DNA from: an uncultured Acidobacteriota bacterium
GTDB lineage: Bacteria > Acidobacteriota > JAQAZP01
Length of the DNA stretch: 64,000 bases
NCBI GenBank assembly: GCA_963836075.1
Contig: CAWIIB010000009.1
Coordinates: 1,312,001 to 1,376,000, forward strand
Direction: 5' to 3'
Position numbers and translations under genes: made by a program. Within the stretch, counting starts at the first letter, position 1, and each line of letters begins with the position of its first letter. This document shows, piece after piece, positions 49,287 to 59,640 of this stretch. The notes below the pieces were generated by a model. It was not told the DNA's origin, did not search any database, and saw only the letters and a program-made list of their open reading frames with translations.

Positions 49287-52004
49287 ATGGCTTCCGGCCC
49301 CAGCTTCACCGGCTACCAGCGCGCCAAGAAGACCCGCTTCTCGGTGAGGGCGGGTGACGTGCTGTCGCGGTTCTTTATCACCGTGGGCGGTATCGGAACG
49401 ATCATCGCCGTCTCCACCGTGGCACTCTTTCTGCTCTGGGTAGCTTTCCCCCTGCTCAAGCCGGCCCTGATCGGCGACCAGCAGGAGGTTCGCACTCCGG
49501 TTCGCACCGACAAACCGCTGCGCATCGCCATGGACGAATACCAGCTCTCCGGCTGGGCCCTTTACGGTGACGGGGAGCTGGTCTCCTTCCGGCTGGACAC
49601 CGGCGAAGTGCTGCAGCGGCAGCGACTTTTTGAAGAGAGGACGGTCACCGCCAGTTCCTTCTCCATTGCCAGGGGCGGACTGCGGGTGATGCTGGGATTT
49701 GACGACGGCAACGCAGCCTTCGGGTCGATCGTCTACCGCACCCGGTTCATCGATCTCGCTGACGCTCCGCCGGAGTTGGCCGGGTTGGAAGTGGGGCACG
49801 GGGCCAGGCTGGACACGGCGATGGTGGAGCGCGTCTCGCCCACCCAGTTCCGGGCCACGCAGCTGAACGCCGTGTTCGACGAGCCGATCAGCGTTGTGGC
49901 CGCTACGCCCGAGAGCGCGGCAGATCTGTCAGCCGCCACGGATCCGGTGGATTCGGACCACGCCCCGGCACCGGACGAAGTGGATGACAGTCTTGAATCC
50001 GTGGTGGACGCCTCCAACCCGGTGCTGCTGGTGGATCACCTGGACAGCGACGGCGACCGTGTGTTTGCCGCCTTCACCGCTGACGGCAGTCTCGGCATCC
50101 ACCGCCAGCGGGCACGGGAGAACATCCTCACCGGCGAGGTGACCTACAGCACCAGCAGCACGCCGCTGCCCTACGAGCCGCTCGCCGGGCAGGGGCAACC
50201 GAAATTCCTCAGGCTGTCGGGGCTGGGGGACTCAGTGATGCTGGCCTGGGAGAATGGACACCTGGTCCGCTTCAACACCCGCGATTTCTCATCCCCCTCC
50301 ATCGGGGAGCGGGTGGACCTGCTGGAGGACAGCACACTCCGGCTCACCGCCCTGGAGTATCTGCTGGGCCGAACAACCCTGCTGGCCGGCGACAGCTCGG
50401 GACGGGTGCGGGCCTGGTTCCCGGCCAACATCTCCACCGGCGGGAGGGCGGGCCGTCTGGAGAACAGGCTGGTGACGGCGCACACCTTCCCCGGCGACGG
50501 GTCGCCGGTGTCCTGCATCGGTTCCTCGCAGCGGATGCGCGCCATGGGTGTGGGGTACGGGGACGGCAGCCTGGAAATGCTCCACGTCACCAGCCACAAA
50601 CTCCTGGGCCGGCTGCAGGAGGCGGCGGGTGACGAGCCGGTTCAGGCGTTGGCCTTTGCGCCCAAGGATGACGGGCTGATGGCCCTGACCGGCGGCGGGA
50701 TCCTGCGCTGGGTGGTCGATCCCCGGCATCCCGAATCCACCTTCCGTGCCCTGTTCACCAGGGTGTGGTACGAAGGGGCGGCCGAGCCGCAGCATGTCTG
50801 GCAGTCCTCATCGGCCACCGACGACTTCGAACCGAAGTTCGGCATGATGCCGCTGATTTTCGGCACGCTGAAGGCGACGCTCTTCTCGCTGCTTCTCGGT
50901 GTGCCCATTGCTCTTTTCGCCGCTATCTTCACCAGCGAGTTCCTCAATCCCACGGTGCGCTCGAGGGTCAAGCCGGCGGTGGAGCTGATGGCCAGCCTGC
51001 CCAGCGTGGTGCTCGGCTTCCTGGCCGCGCTGGTTTTCGCGCCGGTGGTGGCCGACCACCTGGTGGTCTTCCTCGTTTCCTTTGTCACCATCCCGGCCTC
51101 GTTTCTCTTTGGCGCCCGGGTCTGGCAACTGCTGCCGCACCAGTTCACCCTGCTGCACCACCGCTGGCGCTTCCCGGTGATGTTTCTCGGGCTGCCCCTG
51201 GGCGCTCTGCTGGCCCTCCTTTTCGCTCCCACGGTGGAGCGATTCTGTTTCGCCGGCGATGTGATGCGCTGGCTCGACGGCCAGATCGGCGGTGCTGGCG
51301 GCGGCTGGCTGGCCCTCCTCTTCCCCCTGGCCTGCTTCGGCGCGGCCTGGGGCACCAGCCGCCTTTTCGGCGACCTGGTGCGCCGGGTCTCGCGGGACTG
51401 GAGCCGCCACCGCTGCGCCCTCTTCGACATTGCCAAGTTCGTGGCGGTGGGGCTGACCGCGTTCCTGCTGGCCGCGGCGGCCGCGTGGCTGCTGACCTTG
51501 CTGGGTTTTGACCCCCGAGGCGGCATCATCGACACCTACGTCCAGCGCAACGCCCTGGTGGTGGGTTTCGTGATGGGCTTTGCCATCATCCCCATCATCT
51601 ACACCATTTCCGAGGACGCGCTCACCGCCGTGCCCGAGCACCTGCGCTCGGCCTCGCTGGGTGCCGGGGCCACACCGTGGCAGACCGCCACCCGGGTCAT
51701 CGTGCCCACCGCCATGAGCGGTCTCTTCTCGGCGGTGATGATCGGGTTGGGACGGGCAGTGGGTGAGACGATGATCGTGCTGATGGCGGCGGGCAACACG
51801 CCGCTGATGGAGTGGAACGTCTTCAACGGCTTCCGCACCCTGTCGGCCAACATCGCGGTGGAGCTGCCGGAGGCGGTGCGGGACAGCACCCACTACCGTA
51901 CGCTGTTTCTCACCGCGCTGGTGCTCTTCGCCATGACCTTCGTGCTGAACACCATCGCCGAGATCGTGCGGATGCGGTTCCGCAAGAAAGCGTTTGAACT
52001 GTAG
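49287..52004 (+). CDS. pstC: Phosphate ABC permease PstC, long form with periplasmic beta-propeller-like domain
   Basis: WQSSS....EPKF, PLIFGTLKA, ELMASLPSVV, SEDAL.AVP, GRAVGETMIVLM. Confidence 0.92.
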   Translation: MASGPSFTGYQRAKKTRFSVRAGDVLSRFFITVGGIGTIIAVSTVALFLLWVAFPLLKPALIGDQQEVRTPVRTDKPLRIAMDEYQLSGWALYGDGELVSFRLDTGEVLQRQRLFEERTVTASSFSIARGGLRVMLGFDDGNAAFGSIVYRTRFIDLADAPPELAGLEVGHGARLDTAMVERVSPTQFRATQLNAVFDEPISVVAATPESAADLSAATDPVDSDHAPAPDEVDDSLESVVDASNPVLLVDHLDSDGDRVFAAFTADGSLGIHRQRARENILTGEVTYSTSSTPLPYEPLAGQGQPKFLRLSGLGDSVMLAWENGHLVRFNTRDFSSPSIGERVDLLEDSTLRLTALEYLLGRTTLLAGDSSGRVRAWFPANISTGGRAGRLENRLVTAHTFPGDGSPVSCIGSSQRMRAMGVGYGDGSLEMLHVTSHKLLGRLQEAAGDEPVQALAFAPKDDGLMALTGGGILRWVVDPRHPESTFRALFTRVWYEGAAEPQHVWQSSSATDDFEPKFGMMPLIFGTLKATLFSLLLGVPIALFAAIFTSEFLNPTVRSRVKPAVELMASLPSVVLGFLAALVFAPVVADHLVVFLVSFVTIPASFLFGARVWQLLPHQFTLLHHRWRFPVMFLGLPLGALLALLFAPTVERFCFAGDVMRWLDGQIGGAGGGWLALLFPLACFGAAWGTSRLFGDLVRRVSRDWSRHRCALFDIAKFVAVGLTAFLLAAAAAWLLTLLGFDPRGGIIDTYVQRNALVVGFVMGFAIIPIIYTISEDALTAVPEHLRSASLGAGATPWQTATRVIVPTAMSGLFSAVMIGLGRAVGETMIVLMAAGNTPLMEWNVFNGFRTLSANIAVELPEAVRDSTHYRTLFLTALVLFAMTFVLNTIAEIVRMRFRKKAFEL

Positions 52005-52018
52005 AGAGGGAATCTCCT

Positions 52019-53791
52019 GTGCCGGACAACGAAACAACCAGCAAAGCGATGAAGGACGGCAGCAGCGCCGGCGGCGGCTCCGGCCGTCGGCCCCGCCGCC
52101 GGGCCCGGGCGTCCCTCTTTGCCCACGGAGAGCCGATGGTCTGGCTCACCGGGGGCGGACTGGTGCTGGCCCTGGTGATGATCGCCGGCCTGCTCTCCTA
52201 CATCTTCCTGCAGGGGATCACAACCCTCTGGCCGGTGCCGCTGGTCAAGGTGGAGATGCGCGACGGTAGGGTGCACATGGGGGAGGTGACCCGGGAAGAG
52301 CTGTACCTGCCGGCGGAGACCGAGTTGGCGGGTTTGGACGGGGAAGCGGCCGCCGCCGCGGGCAACGAGATGAATCGCGGTGCTGGACAGTTGCGGCGCC
52401 GTCTCTTCCGCACCGGCAACTTCGACCTCAGCGGTGAGCACTTCAACTGGATCAACGACTACCAGGTGGCAGACGAGACGGAGCCGCAGTGGGGGCTGGT
52501 GGTGGAGCGGCTCTCCTGGGGCCGTTTTTACGGTTTCCCCACAGCCTTCGAGATCGACGGCGAGCGGCTGGCCGAAACGCCGGAAACGGTCTGGGCCAAA
52601 TTCCAGGAATATCACCACGAAGTTCGTCAGCGCTGGGACGCACGCCGCAAGCTGGAAACCCACGCCATCGGCAAGGTGAACCGCGAGCTGGAGGAAGCTC
52701 GTCTGGCCCTGCGTGAGGTGGAGATGAAGTCGGGGCTGGAATCGGAGGCCTGGCAGCGGCAGGAGGACATCTTCAGCCGGTCCGAGGAAGAGATCGGCTT
52801 ACGGTACCAGGAGATCCGTGAGAAGATCCAGCAATTGGACGCGGAGAATGCCCGCTACCGCATGGTGCTGGTTACCGCCGCCGGCAAGGAGAAGGCTCTG
52901 GCCCTGGACGAGATCGTTCGGGCCTACCCGGCCAACAGCCTTGGTATCCTTGCCCGGCTGGGGGTCTACTTCTCCCGGTGGGCCGAGTTCCTCCTCGACG
53001 ACCCGCGGGAGGCGAACAGCGAGGGTGGGATCTTCCCCGCCATCTTCGGCACCATCGTGATGACCCTGCTGATGTCGATGGCCGTGGTCCCCTTCGGCGT
53101 GATGGCGGCGCTCTACATCCGGGAATACGCCAAGGGCGGGCCGCTGATCAGCGCGGTCCGCATCTCGATCAACAATCTGGCCGGCGTGCCGAGTATCGTC
53201 TTCGGTGTTTTCGGCCTCGGTTTCTTCTGTTACCTCACCGGCGCCGGCATCGACGAACTCTTCTTCGCCGCCAAATTGCCCAATCCGACTTACGGCAAGG
53301 GCGGAGTGCTCTGGGCGGCGCTGACCCTGGCCTTGCTCACCCTGCCGGTGGTGATCGTGGCCACCGAGGAGGCGCTGGCCGCGGTGCCCAACTCCATGCG
53401 CGAAGGATCGTACGCCTGCGGCGGCAGCAAGTGGCAGACCATCCGCCGCATCGTCATGCCCCGGGCCCTGCCCGGCATCATGACCGGCATGATCCTGGCC
53501 ATGGCCCGCGGGGCCGGCGAGGTGGCGCCCCTGATGCTGGTGGGTGCGGTGAAGATCGCGCCGGAATTGCCGCTGGACGGCATTTTCCCGTATATCCACC
53601 CCGAACGGAGTTTCATGCACCTGGGGTTTCACATCTACGACCTGGGATTTCAAAGCCAGAACAGCGAGGCGGCCAAACCGATGGTCTTCACCACCACGCT
53701 GCTCCTGATCGCACTGATATTCATTTTGAACGCCCTGGCGGTGCGCTTGCGGACGCGCTTGCGGAAAAAATTCGTCTCCGCCGCCTTTTAA
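52019..53791 (+). CDS. pstA: Phosphate ABC permease PstA, long form
   Basis: PREANSEGGIFPAIFGT, NNLAGVPSIVFG, ARGAGEVAPL. Confidence 0.93.
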   Translation: MPDNETTSKAMKDGSSAGGGSGRRPRRRARASLFAHGEPMVWLTGGGLVLALVMIAGLLSYIFLQGITTLWPVPLVKVEMRDGRVHMGEVTREELYLPAETELAGLDGEAAAAAGNEMNRGAGQLRRRLFRTGNFDLSGEHFNWINDYQVADETEPQWGLVVERLSWGRFYGFPTAFEIDGERLAETPETVWAKFQEYHHEVRQRWDARRKLETHAIGKVNRELEEARLALREVEMKSGLESEAWQRQEDIFSRSEEEIGLRYQEIREKIQQLDAENARYRMVLVTAAGKEKALALDEIVRAYPANSLGILARLGVYFSRWAEFLLDDPREANSEGGIFPAIFGTIVMTLLMSMAVVPFGVMAALYIREYAKGGPLISAVRISINNLAGVPSIVFGVFGLGFFCYLTGAGIDELFFAAKLPNPTYGKGGVLWAALTLALLTLPVVIVATEEALAAVPNSMREGSYACGGSKWQTIRRIVMPRALPGIMTGMILAMARGAGEVAPLMLVGAVKIAPELPLDGIFPYIHPERSFMHLGFHIYDLGFQSQNSEAAKPMVFTTTLLLIALIFILNALAVRLRTRLRKKFVSAAF

Positions 53792-54685
53792 TTGAGCAGA
53801 GGACTGGAAAGACATGATGATCGCCAGCACCATGGAAAAACACAGTGCGAGCCCCAGGCCGAGAACCGTCTGGCCGCCATCGCCGCCGGGCAGACCTTTC
53901 CCACCGAGACCCACGGGGAGGTGGAGAAGGAGGAGATCGTCCTTGACGTCCGCAACTTCAACCTGCACTACGGGGCGAAGCAGGCGCTGTTCGACATCAA
54001 CATGAAGATCGCCAAGGGCAAGGTCACCGCGCTGGTGGGCCCCTCGGGGTGCGGCAAGTCAACCCTGCTGCGGTCGGTGAACCGGATCAACGACCTGCTG
54101 GATATCGTGCGGATCAAGGGTGACATGCGGCTCAACGGCGAATCGATCTACGATCCGGGGGTCGACGTGATCGAACTGCGCAAGCGGATGGGTATGGTCT
54201 TCCAGAAGCCGAACCCGTTCCCCATGAGCATCTACGAGAACGTGGTCTACCCGCTGCGTATCGACGGTGAGCGGAACAAGTCGGTGCTGGACCAGGTCTG
54301 CGAGCAGAGCCTGCGGGGCGCGGCGATCTGGGACGAGTGCAAGGACCGGCTGCAGGAGAGCGCCCTGGGCATGTCCGGCGGCCAGCAGCAGCGGCTCTGC
54401 ATCGCCCGGGCCATCGCTGCCGAGCCGGAGGTGCTGCTGATGGACGAGCCCTGCTCGGCCCTCGACCCCATCGCCACCAACAAGATCGAGGCGCTGATCG
54501 ACGAGCTGCGCGGCGACTACTCGATCCTCATCGTGACCCACAACATGCAGCAGGCGGCGCGCACCAGCGACTACACCGCCTTCATGTATCTCGGCCGGCT
54601 TATAGAATACGGCCCCACCGCCACCATCTTCCAGAATCCCCACCTTCGCGAGACCCTGGACTATGTGACCGGCCGTTTCGGCTAG
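53792..54685 (+). CDS. pstB: Phosphate ABC transporter ATPase (start uncertain)
   Basis: [54 protein letters not shown]. Confidence 0.95.
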   Translation: MSRGLERHDDRQHHGKTQCEPQAENRLAAIAAGQTFPTETHGEVEKEEIVLDVRNFNLHYGAKQALFDINMKIAKGKVTALVGPSGCGKSTLLRSVNRINDLLDIVRIKGDMRLNGESIYDPGVDVIELRKRMGMVFQKPNPFPMSIYENVVYPLRIDGERNKSVLDQVCEQSLRGAAIWDECKDRLQESALGMSGGQQQRLCIARAIAAEPEVLLMDEPCSALDPIATNKIEALIDELRGDYSILIVTHNMQQAARTSDYTAFMYLGRLIEYGPTATIFQNPHLRETLDYVTGRFG

Positions 54686-55360
54686 TTGTTGTTGGGTTGG
54701 ATCTCGATGTTGTGGCGGACGATCACGCCCTGGCAGGAGTAGATCACGTCCTCGGCGATGTTGGTGGAGAGGTCGGCGATGCGCTCGAGGTGGCGGGCCA
54801 CCAGCATCAGGCTGAGCATCGGCTCCAGCTTCTCGTGGTTTTCCCGGATGACTGTCCTGGTCTGCCGGGCGGCCTTGTGGTTGTATCTCGTCCACCACCT
54901 CGTCGGCGTCGCAGACGTCCCGCGCCAACTTCGGATCCATCCGGACCAGCGAGTCGAGGCTGTTGCGCAGCATCTCCATCGATTTCTCGGCCATCATCGC
55001 CAGTTCATAGGGGATCTCTGTCGGTTCGTTCGATGCCAGCTCGATGGCCCGCTCGGCGATGTTCACCGCCAGATCGGCGATACGCTCGAGGTCGTTGTTG
55101 ATCTTGAGCACCGCCACCACCTCGCGGAGGTCGGTGGCCACCGGCTGGTAGAGGGCGAAGACCTTGAGACACTCCTCCTCGATCTCCACTTCGATGCGGT
55201 CCACTTCCGGGTCACCGTCGATCACCTCCCGGGCCAAGTCCGGGTCGCGGTCGGTCACCGCCTTCACCGAGCGGCGCACCGCTTCTTCGACGATGGCGCT
55301 GAGCGAGAGAATCGATTTCTTCAACTTATTGGTCTGTGCTTCCAGATGTACACTCATCAT
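54682..55360 (-). pseudogene. phoU: Phosphate signalling protein PhoU with a frameshift near 54885 (possibly an assembly error)
   Basis: QPVATDLR, DLERIADLAVNIA; after DEVVDE the other frame continues ARHLERIADLSTNIAEDVIY...IVRH to a TAG at 54682. Confidence 0.88.
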
Positions 55361-55376
55361 TCTCTCGTCCTCATTT

Positions 55377-57152
55377 TCAGTCCAGCGGGAGGTGCAGCGT
55401 GAAGGTACTGCCGCGTCCCGGCTCGCTTTCCACGGTCACTGAACCCTGGTGAACCTGCATGATGTGCTTGACGATGGCCAGCCCGAGGCCGGTGCCGCCA
55501 AGCTGCCTGCTGCGTGCTCTGTCCACGCGGTAGAATCGTTCGAAAACCCGTGGCAGATGTTCATTTTCGATCCCGGGCCCCTGGTCCTGCACGCTGAGCA
55601 CCAGCTCCGAAGCCGTCTCTCCGGCCATGATGCCCACGCTCGCCCCGGAGTCGCTGTACTTTATCGCGTTGTCGATGAGATTGACCAGCGCCTGGACCAT
55701 CAGCGAGTGGTTGACCGTGCCTTCCAGGTCGGAGGGGCAGGAGGCATCGAGGGTTACCCCGCCCTCGGCGGCCCGTTCACGGCAGGCGGTCACCGCTGCA
55801 TCCACAATTCCGTGGAGCGGCGTCGGCTCGAAGGCCACCTTCTCCGCGTCTCCGTTCTGCTCGATCCTGGACAGGGCCAGCAGGTCCTCGATCAAGGTGT
55901 TGAGCCGTTCGGAGTGGGTGCGGATGATCTTGAGGAAGCGCAGCCGTTTGTCGGCGTCCTCGGGATTCTCGTCGATCAGGGTCTCCACAAAACCCTTGAT
56001 CGAGGTGATCGGCGTCTTCAACTCGTGGGAGACGTTGGCCACGAATTCCCGCCGCACATTTTCCAGCCTTCTCAGGCTGGTCACGTCGTGCAGCACCACC
56101 AGTGCGCCGATCCGCTCCCCGGCGGAGTCCCGCAGCTGGGTGCCGTGAGCCTGGAGGGTCCGTTCGCCGTCGCGGTGCAGCACGATCTCCGTCTCGCAGG
56201 CCTCATCGCTGGCCAGGGTCCGGGTGACGAAGTCGTGCAGCTCGCGGTTGCGCACCGCCTCGGGCAGGCTCATCCCCTCGGCCTCGCCCGCGCCGTGGCC
56301 GATAATCGTTCCGCAGGCCTGGTTGATGCCGATGATCTTCAGTTCGGGGTCCACGGCCATTACCCCTTCCACCATGCTGGCCAGCACGGCCTGCAGCTCG
56401 TTGCGCTGCCGCACCACGGTCTGGATTCTCGTGTCCAGCTCACCGGCCATACGGTTCATGGTCTCGGCCAGCTCCCCGATCTCGGCCGAATCGGGCACCG
56501 GCAGCCGCCGGGAGAAATCGCCGTCGGCAAACCGTTCCGTGCCCTGCTTCAGCTCCTCCAGCGGCCTGACGATCTTGCGCGAGAAGTAGACCGCCAGCAG
56601 CACCGCCAACAGGACGATCAGCAGCCCGCCAAGGAAGAAGTCGGCGTAAAGGGACTTCAACGTCTGGGCGATTGAGTTCACCGGCAGCGAAGAACGAAGG
56701 GTGCAGGCGATGCGGCCGTCCAGTTCCACCGGCACGGCGACATACATCATCTCCTTGCGGGTGGTGGAACTGTAGCGCGTGGATGTGCCGACGTTCCCCT
56801 TCATCGCCTCGACGATCTCCGGCCGGTCGGCGTGGTTCTCCATGCTCTTCGGGTCGCGTCCCGAATCACTGAGCACGGTGCCGTCCGGCATGATCACCGT
56901 GATCCGGGTCTTGATGCGCTCCCCCAGCTTCTTGACCCGCCGGTCCACTTCGTCATCCCGGCCCCCTGCCACCAGGCCGCCCACCTGCTCTCCGGCCACG
57001 GCCGAAATCGCTTCCAGGTCCCAGCGAGTCTGCTTGATGTGGAAATTCCGCAGCAGGATGGCGGCGTAGACACTGAAGCTGATCAGTGAGACCAGGGCCA
57101 GGACAAAGAACAGCGGCGCGATCTGGCGGATCAGTTTTTTGCGCGATTTCAT
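55377..57152 (-). CDS. phoR: Phosphate regulon sensor histidine kinase (HAMP, PAS)
   Basis: MENHADRPE, EFVANVSHELKTP, NLIDNAIKY, FERFYRVD, GGTGLGLAIVKH; Pho context. Confidence 0.9.
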   Translation of the reverse strand: MKSRKKLIRQIAPLFFVLALVSLISFSVYAAILLRNFHIKQTRWDLEAISAVAGEQVGGLVAGGRDDEVDRRVKKLGERIKTRITVIMPDGTVLSDSGRDPKSMENHADRPEIVEAMKGNVGTSTRYSSTTRKEMMYVAVPVELDGRIACTLRSSLPVNSIAQTLKSLYADFFLGGLLIVLLAVLLAVYFSRKIVRPLEELKQGTERFADGDFSRRLPVPDSAEIGELAETMNRMAGELDTRIQTVVRQRNELQAVLASMVEGVMAVDPELKIIGINQACGTIIGHGAGEAEGMSLPEAVRNRELHDFVTRTLASDEACETEIVLHRDGERTLQAHGTQLRDSAGERIGALVVLHDVTSLRRLENVRREFVANVSHELKTPITSIKGFVETLIDENPEDADKRLRFLKIIRTHSERLNTLIEDLLALSRIEQNGDAEKVAFEPTPLHGIVDAAVTACRERAAEGGVTLDASCPSDLEGTVNHSLMVQALVNLIDNAIKYSDSGASVGIMAGETASELVLSVQDQGPGIENEHLPRVFERFYRVDRARSRQLGGTGLGLAIVKHIMQVHQGSVTVESEPGRGSTFTLHLPLD

Positions 57153-57841
57153 GAACGTTCCCTGAAGCGGTAGCCCACGCCCCGCACGGTTTCGATGTAT
57201 TGCCCGGCGTCACCGAGCTTCTTGCGCAGCCACATCACCTGCACGTCGATGGAGCGGTCGGTCACCGGGTAGTCGTCACCGTGGACGGCGTCGATGATCT
57301 GGTCCCGGGTGAAGACCCAGCCGGGCCGCCCGGCGAGAAAGTGGAGGATGCGGAACTCGGTGGAGGTGAGGTCCACCGGCTCGCTGGCCACCAGCACCTC
57401 GTGGCGCCCGGGGTGGATCAGCACCTCGTGCACTTTCACCGCCTCTTCGGTGTCCGGCGCCTGCCGTGACCGGCGCCGCAGCACCGAGCGCACCCGGGCG
57501 ATGAGCACCCGCGGGCTGAACGGCTTGGTGACGTAGTCGTCGGCCCCCAGTTCCAGGCCGGTGACGATGTCGCTCTCCTCGCTCTTGGCGGTGAGCATCA
57601 CGATGGGGATGTGGGCCGTCTTGTGGTTGCCTTTCAGCAGCCGGCAGACTTCCAGGCCGTCCACACCGGGCAACATCAGGTCGAGGAGGATCAGGTCCGG
57701 CTGTTGCTTACCGGCGGCGCGCAGGCCTTCCTCCCCGGCGCTGGCGCCGGTGACCTGGTAGCCCTCTTTCTCCAGGTTGAAGGTCAGCAGTTCGAGGATG
57801 TCCTCCTCGTCCTCCACCACGAGAATTTTTTCATGCGCCAT
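57149..57841 (-). CDS. phoB: OmpR-family response regulator PhoB
   Basis: VVEDE, LDLMLP, GADDYVTKPF, ETVRGVGY; ATGA-coupled to phoR. Confidence 0.88.
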   Translation of the reverse strand: MAHEKILVVEDEEDILELLTFNLEKEGYQVTGASAGEEGLRAAGKQQPDLILLDLMLPGVDGLEVCRLLKGNHKTAHIPIVMLTAKSEESDIVTGLELGADDYVTKPFSPRVLIARVRSVLRRRSRQAPDTEEAVKVHEVLIHPGRHEVLVASEPVDLTSTEFRILHFLAGRPGWVFTRDQIIDAVHGDDYPVTDRSIDVQVMWLRKKLGDAGQYIETVRGVGYRFRERS

Positions 57842-57902
57842 CTTCTTCCTCTCGAGCCAAACAGCCAGGGGCCGCAGGCTGATCCGACGGATTGACCCGG
57901 AC

Positions 57903-57967
57903 ATCCTACTGGCCGAATGTTAATGTACCGTGAATCAGCGATCAAATCCGTATGACATGGGTATGAA
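57903..57967 (-). promoter_or_regulatory. Pho box array and -10 upstream of phoB
   Basis: Minus-strand hexamers TTCATA, GTCATA, TTGATC, TTCACG, TTAACA at 57962, 57951, 57940, 57929 and 57918 (11-bp period), then TAGGAT at 57908-57903. Confidence 0.7.
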
Positions 57968-58027
57968 CTGCGTAAGGGATCGTCAGGGAGTCTCCCCCGG
58001 TCACCATTTCATTGGTGTTTCTCTGGA

Positions 58028-59263
58028 TCAGTAGTCGATCTGGATGCGCAGGGTGGCGATCAGGGTGCGGCCCGTGTCGGCGAGGCAGGCGTGAATGCCG
58101 TCCAGCATCAGCCGGCAGTGCGGGCTGAGATGCCAGTTGAGGCCCACGGTGACGTCACGCAGCCGGCCGCCGTGCACGTCGCCCCCGTCGAGATCCAGGG
58201 CCGAATACCGTGCGGCCAGTTCCAATGCCCCCGGGCCCTCTCCCCTCCAGACATTGCTCTTCAGCCTTGTCTGGACGAATTTGCCCTGTGCCGGATCGTA
58301 GGTCCGGTGTTCGCCGGTGATGAACCAGCTGACCTGGACGTAGCCGCCGTGGAACACCGGGTCGCCGGCCGCCGTGCTGTCCACGGCCGATCGGACGTAC
58401 TCTCCCTGCAGCGACAGTGGCCCCAGCACCAGCGCCGACTCGAAGTTGGTGATCAGGGCGCCCCGGGATTCGAACCGCCCCGTGTCGAGATAGACCGGAG
58501 TCTGGGCGGATTCGGGCACGGCGATGACCCGCAGGTAGTCCAGGTCCCGGACGCTGCAGGCCAGGCCGAGGTGCAGCAGGCGGTCCTCCGCCGGCCGCCA
58601 GGGCAGGGCGGTGAGGCGGCCGGAAACGGTGATTCCCGACCCCTTGCCGCGGTTGTAACCGTCCACGTCGCGATAGATACCGGCGGCCCAGGTCATCCGC
58701 TGGCCCGGCAAATCGGCCAGGTTGACGATCCCCCGGTTGCGCAGCGGCAGCAGGAAGAAGGCCAGCGAGCGTTCGGTGAATGGCACGTGGTTGGTGCTGG
58801 CCTGCTGTTCGAGGCCCATCGGTTCCTTGACGTTGCCCAGGCGCAGGGTCCCCACCACCGGCAGGGCCCGGATCCCGATATAGAGATCTCGGAAATTGCG
58901 GAAGTCCTCGACAATGTTGACGAACTCGTAGTCGGCCTTGAAGATCAGCCGGTTGGCAAACGAACCGGAGAGGCAGAGCCGGGCGCGGCGGAAATCCAAC
59001 TGGTCTTCCAGCGGCTGGCCCTCGTTCACCGCGTCGCGGACCGACTGGTCCTCGTTGAACCAGCCGGCGTCAACAAGCAGCCGGCCGCCGAGACGCAGCT
59101 TGAGGCGGCCGCTTTGCGAGCGCCAGCTGATGCCCTCCTCCCACCCGGCATCAAGGCCGCCCGGGTTCGAGGTGCCGCACTCCGCCGGTGTCGCCGTCGC
59201 AAAACCGCACAGCAGGGCCAGGAACAAAATCGATACTGAGAAAAGGGAATGCCGGGCTCTCAC
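58028..59263 (-). CDS. OprO/OprP family phosphate-selective porin
   Basis: Signal peptide; FRRARL, GNVKEPMGLE, FTERS, SWFITGEHR.Y, ELAARYS.LDL, GLNW. Confidence 0.9.
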   Translation of the reverse strand: MRARHSLFSVSILFLALLCGFATATPAECGTSNPGGLDAGWEEGISWRSQSGRLKLRLGGRLLVDAGWFNEDQSVRDAVNEGQPLEDQLDFRRARLCLSGSFANRLIFKADYEFVNIVEDFRNFRDLYIGIRALPVVGTLRLGNVKEPMGLEQQASTNHVPFTERSLAFFLLPLRNRGIVNLADLPGQRMTWAAGIYRDVDGYNRGKGSGITVSGRLTALPWRPAEDRLLHLGLACSVRDLDYLRVIAVPESAQTPVYLDTGRFESRGALITNFESALVLGPLSLQGEYVRSAVDSTAAGDPVFHGGYVQVSWFITGEHRTYDPAQGKFVQTRLKSNVWRGEGPGALELAARYSALDLDGGDVHGGRLRDVTVGLNWHLSPHCRLMLDGIHACLADTGRTLIATLRIQIDY

Positions 59264-59640
59264 GGTGGCGCTCCTCCACCTGGAATCACAATCTGGCCCG
59301 GGACTATATCACCACGTCCCTTCCGGTAAAACAGGCAATACATCTACCAGGTAGATAGTCAATGCAGTGGCGGGGGGGAGAATTGCAGCAGTAGTGACCA
59401 TCCACCGTACAAAAAAATCGGGAGTGTGTGCTCCCGGGGTCAGGTCCACTGAACGTGAACCCTGTCCGCGCCAGCCACCGGTGCCTCGAATGGGGACCGG
59501 TGCGTTTCACGAACTGTATCTGATCGGGGCTTGGCCACCCCGGAGGCGCTTGCGCCTCGTTAATTCGAGAGGATTATCGGCGAAGAGTGTGAGCGTTTGA
59601 TGAGGGACGGGTAAAAGTTCGGTAAGCCGGATCAGACGGA

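Noticed and set aside
54059-54681. 433-aa PhoU with a novel C-terminal extension
   Set aside because: Artefact of the frameshift near 54885; the true PhoU C-terminus is in another frame and ends at 54682
59264-59640. Possible ncRNA or small gene between the porin and murB
   Set aside because: Only short hairpins and a weak promoter-like motif; no recognisable RNA family or credible ORF
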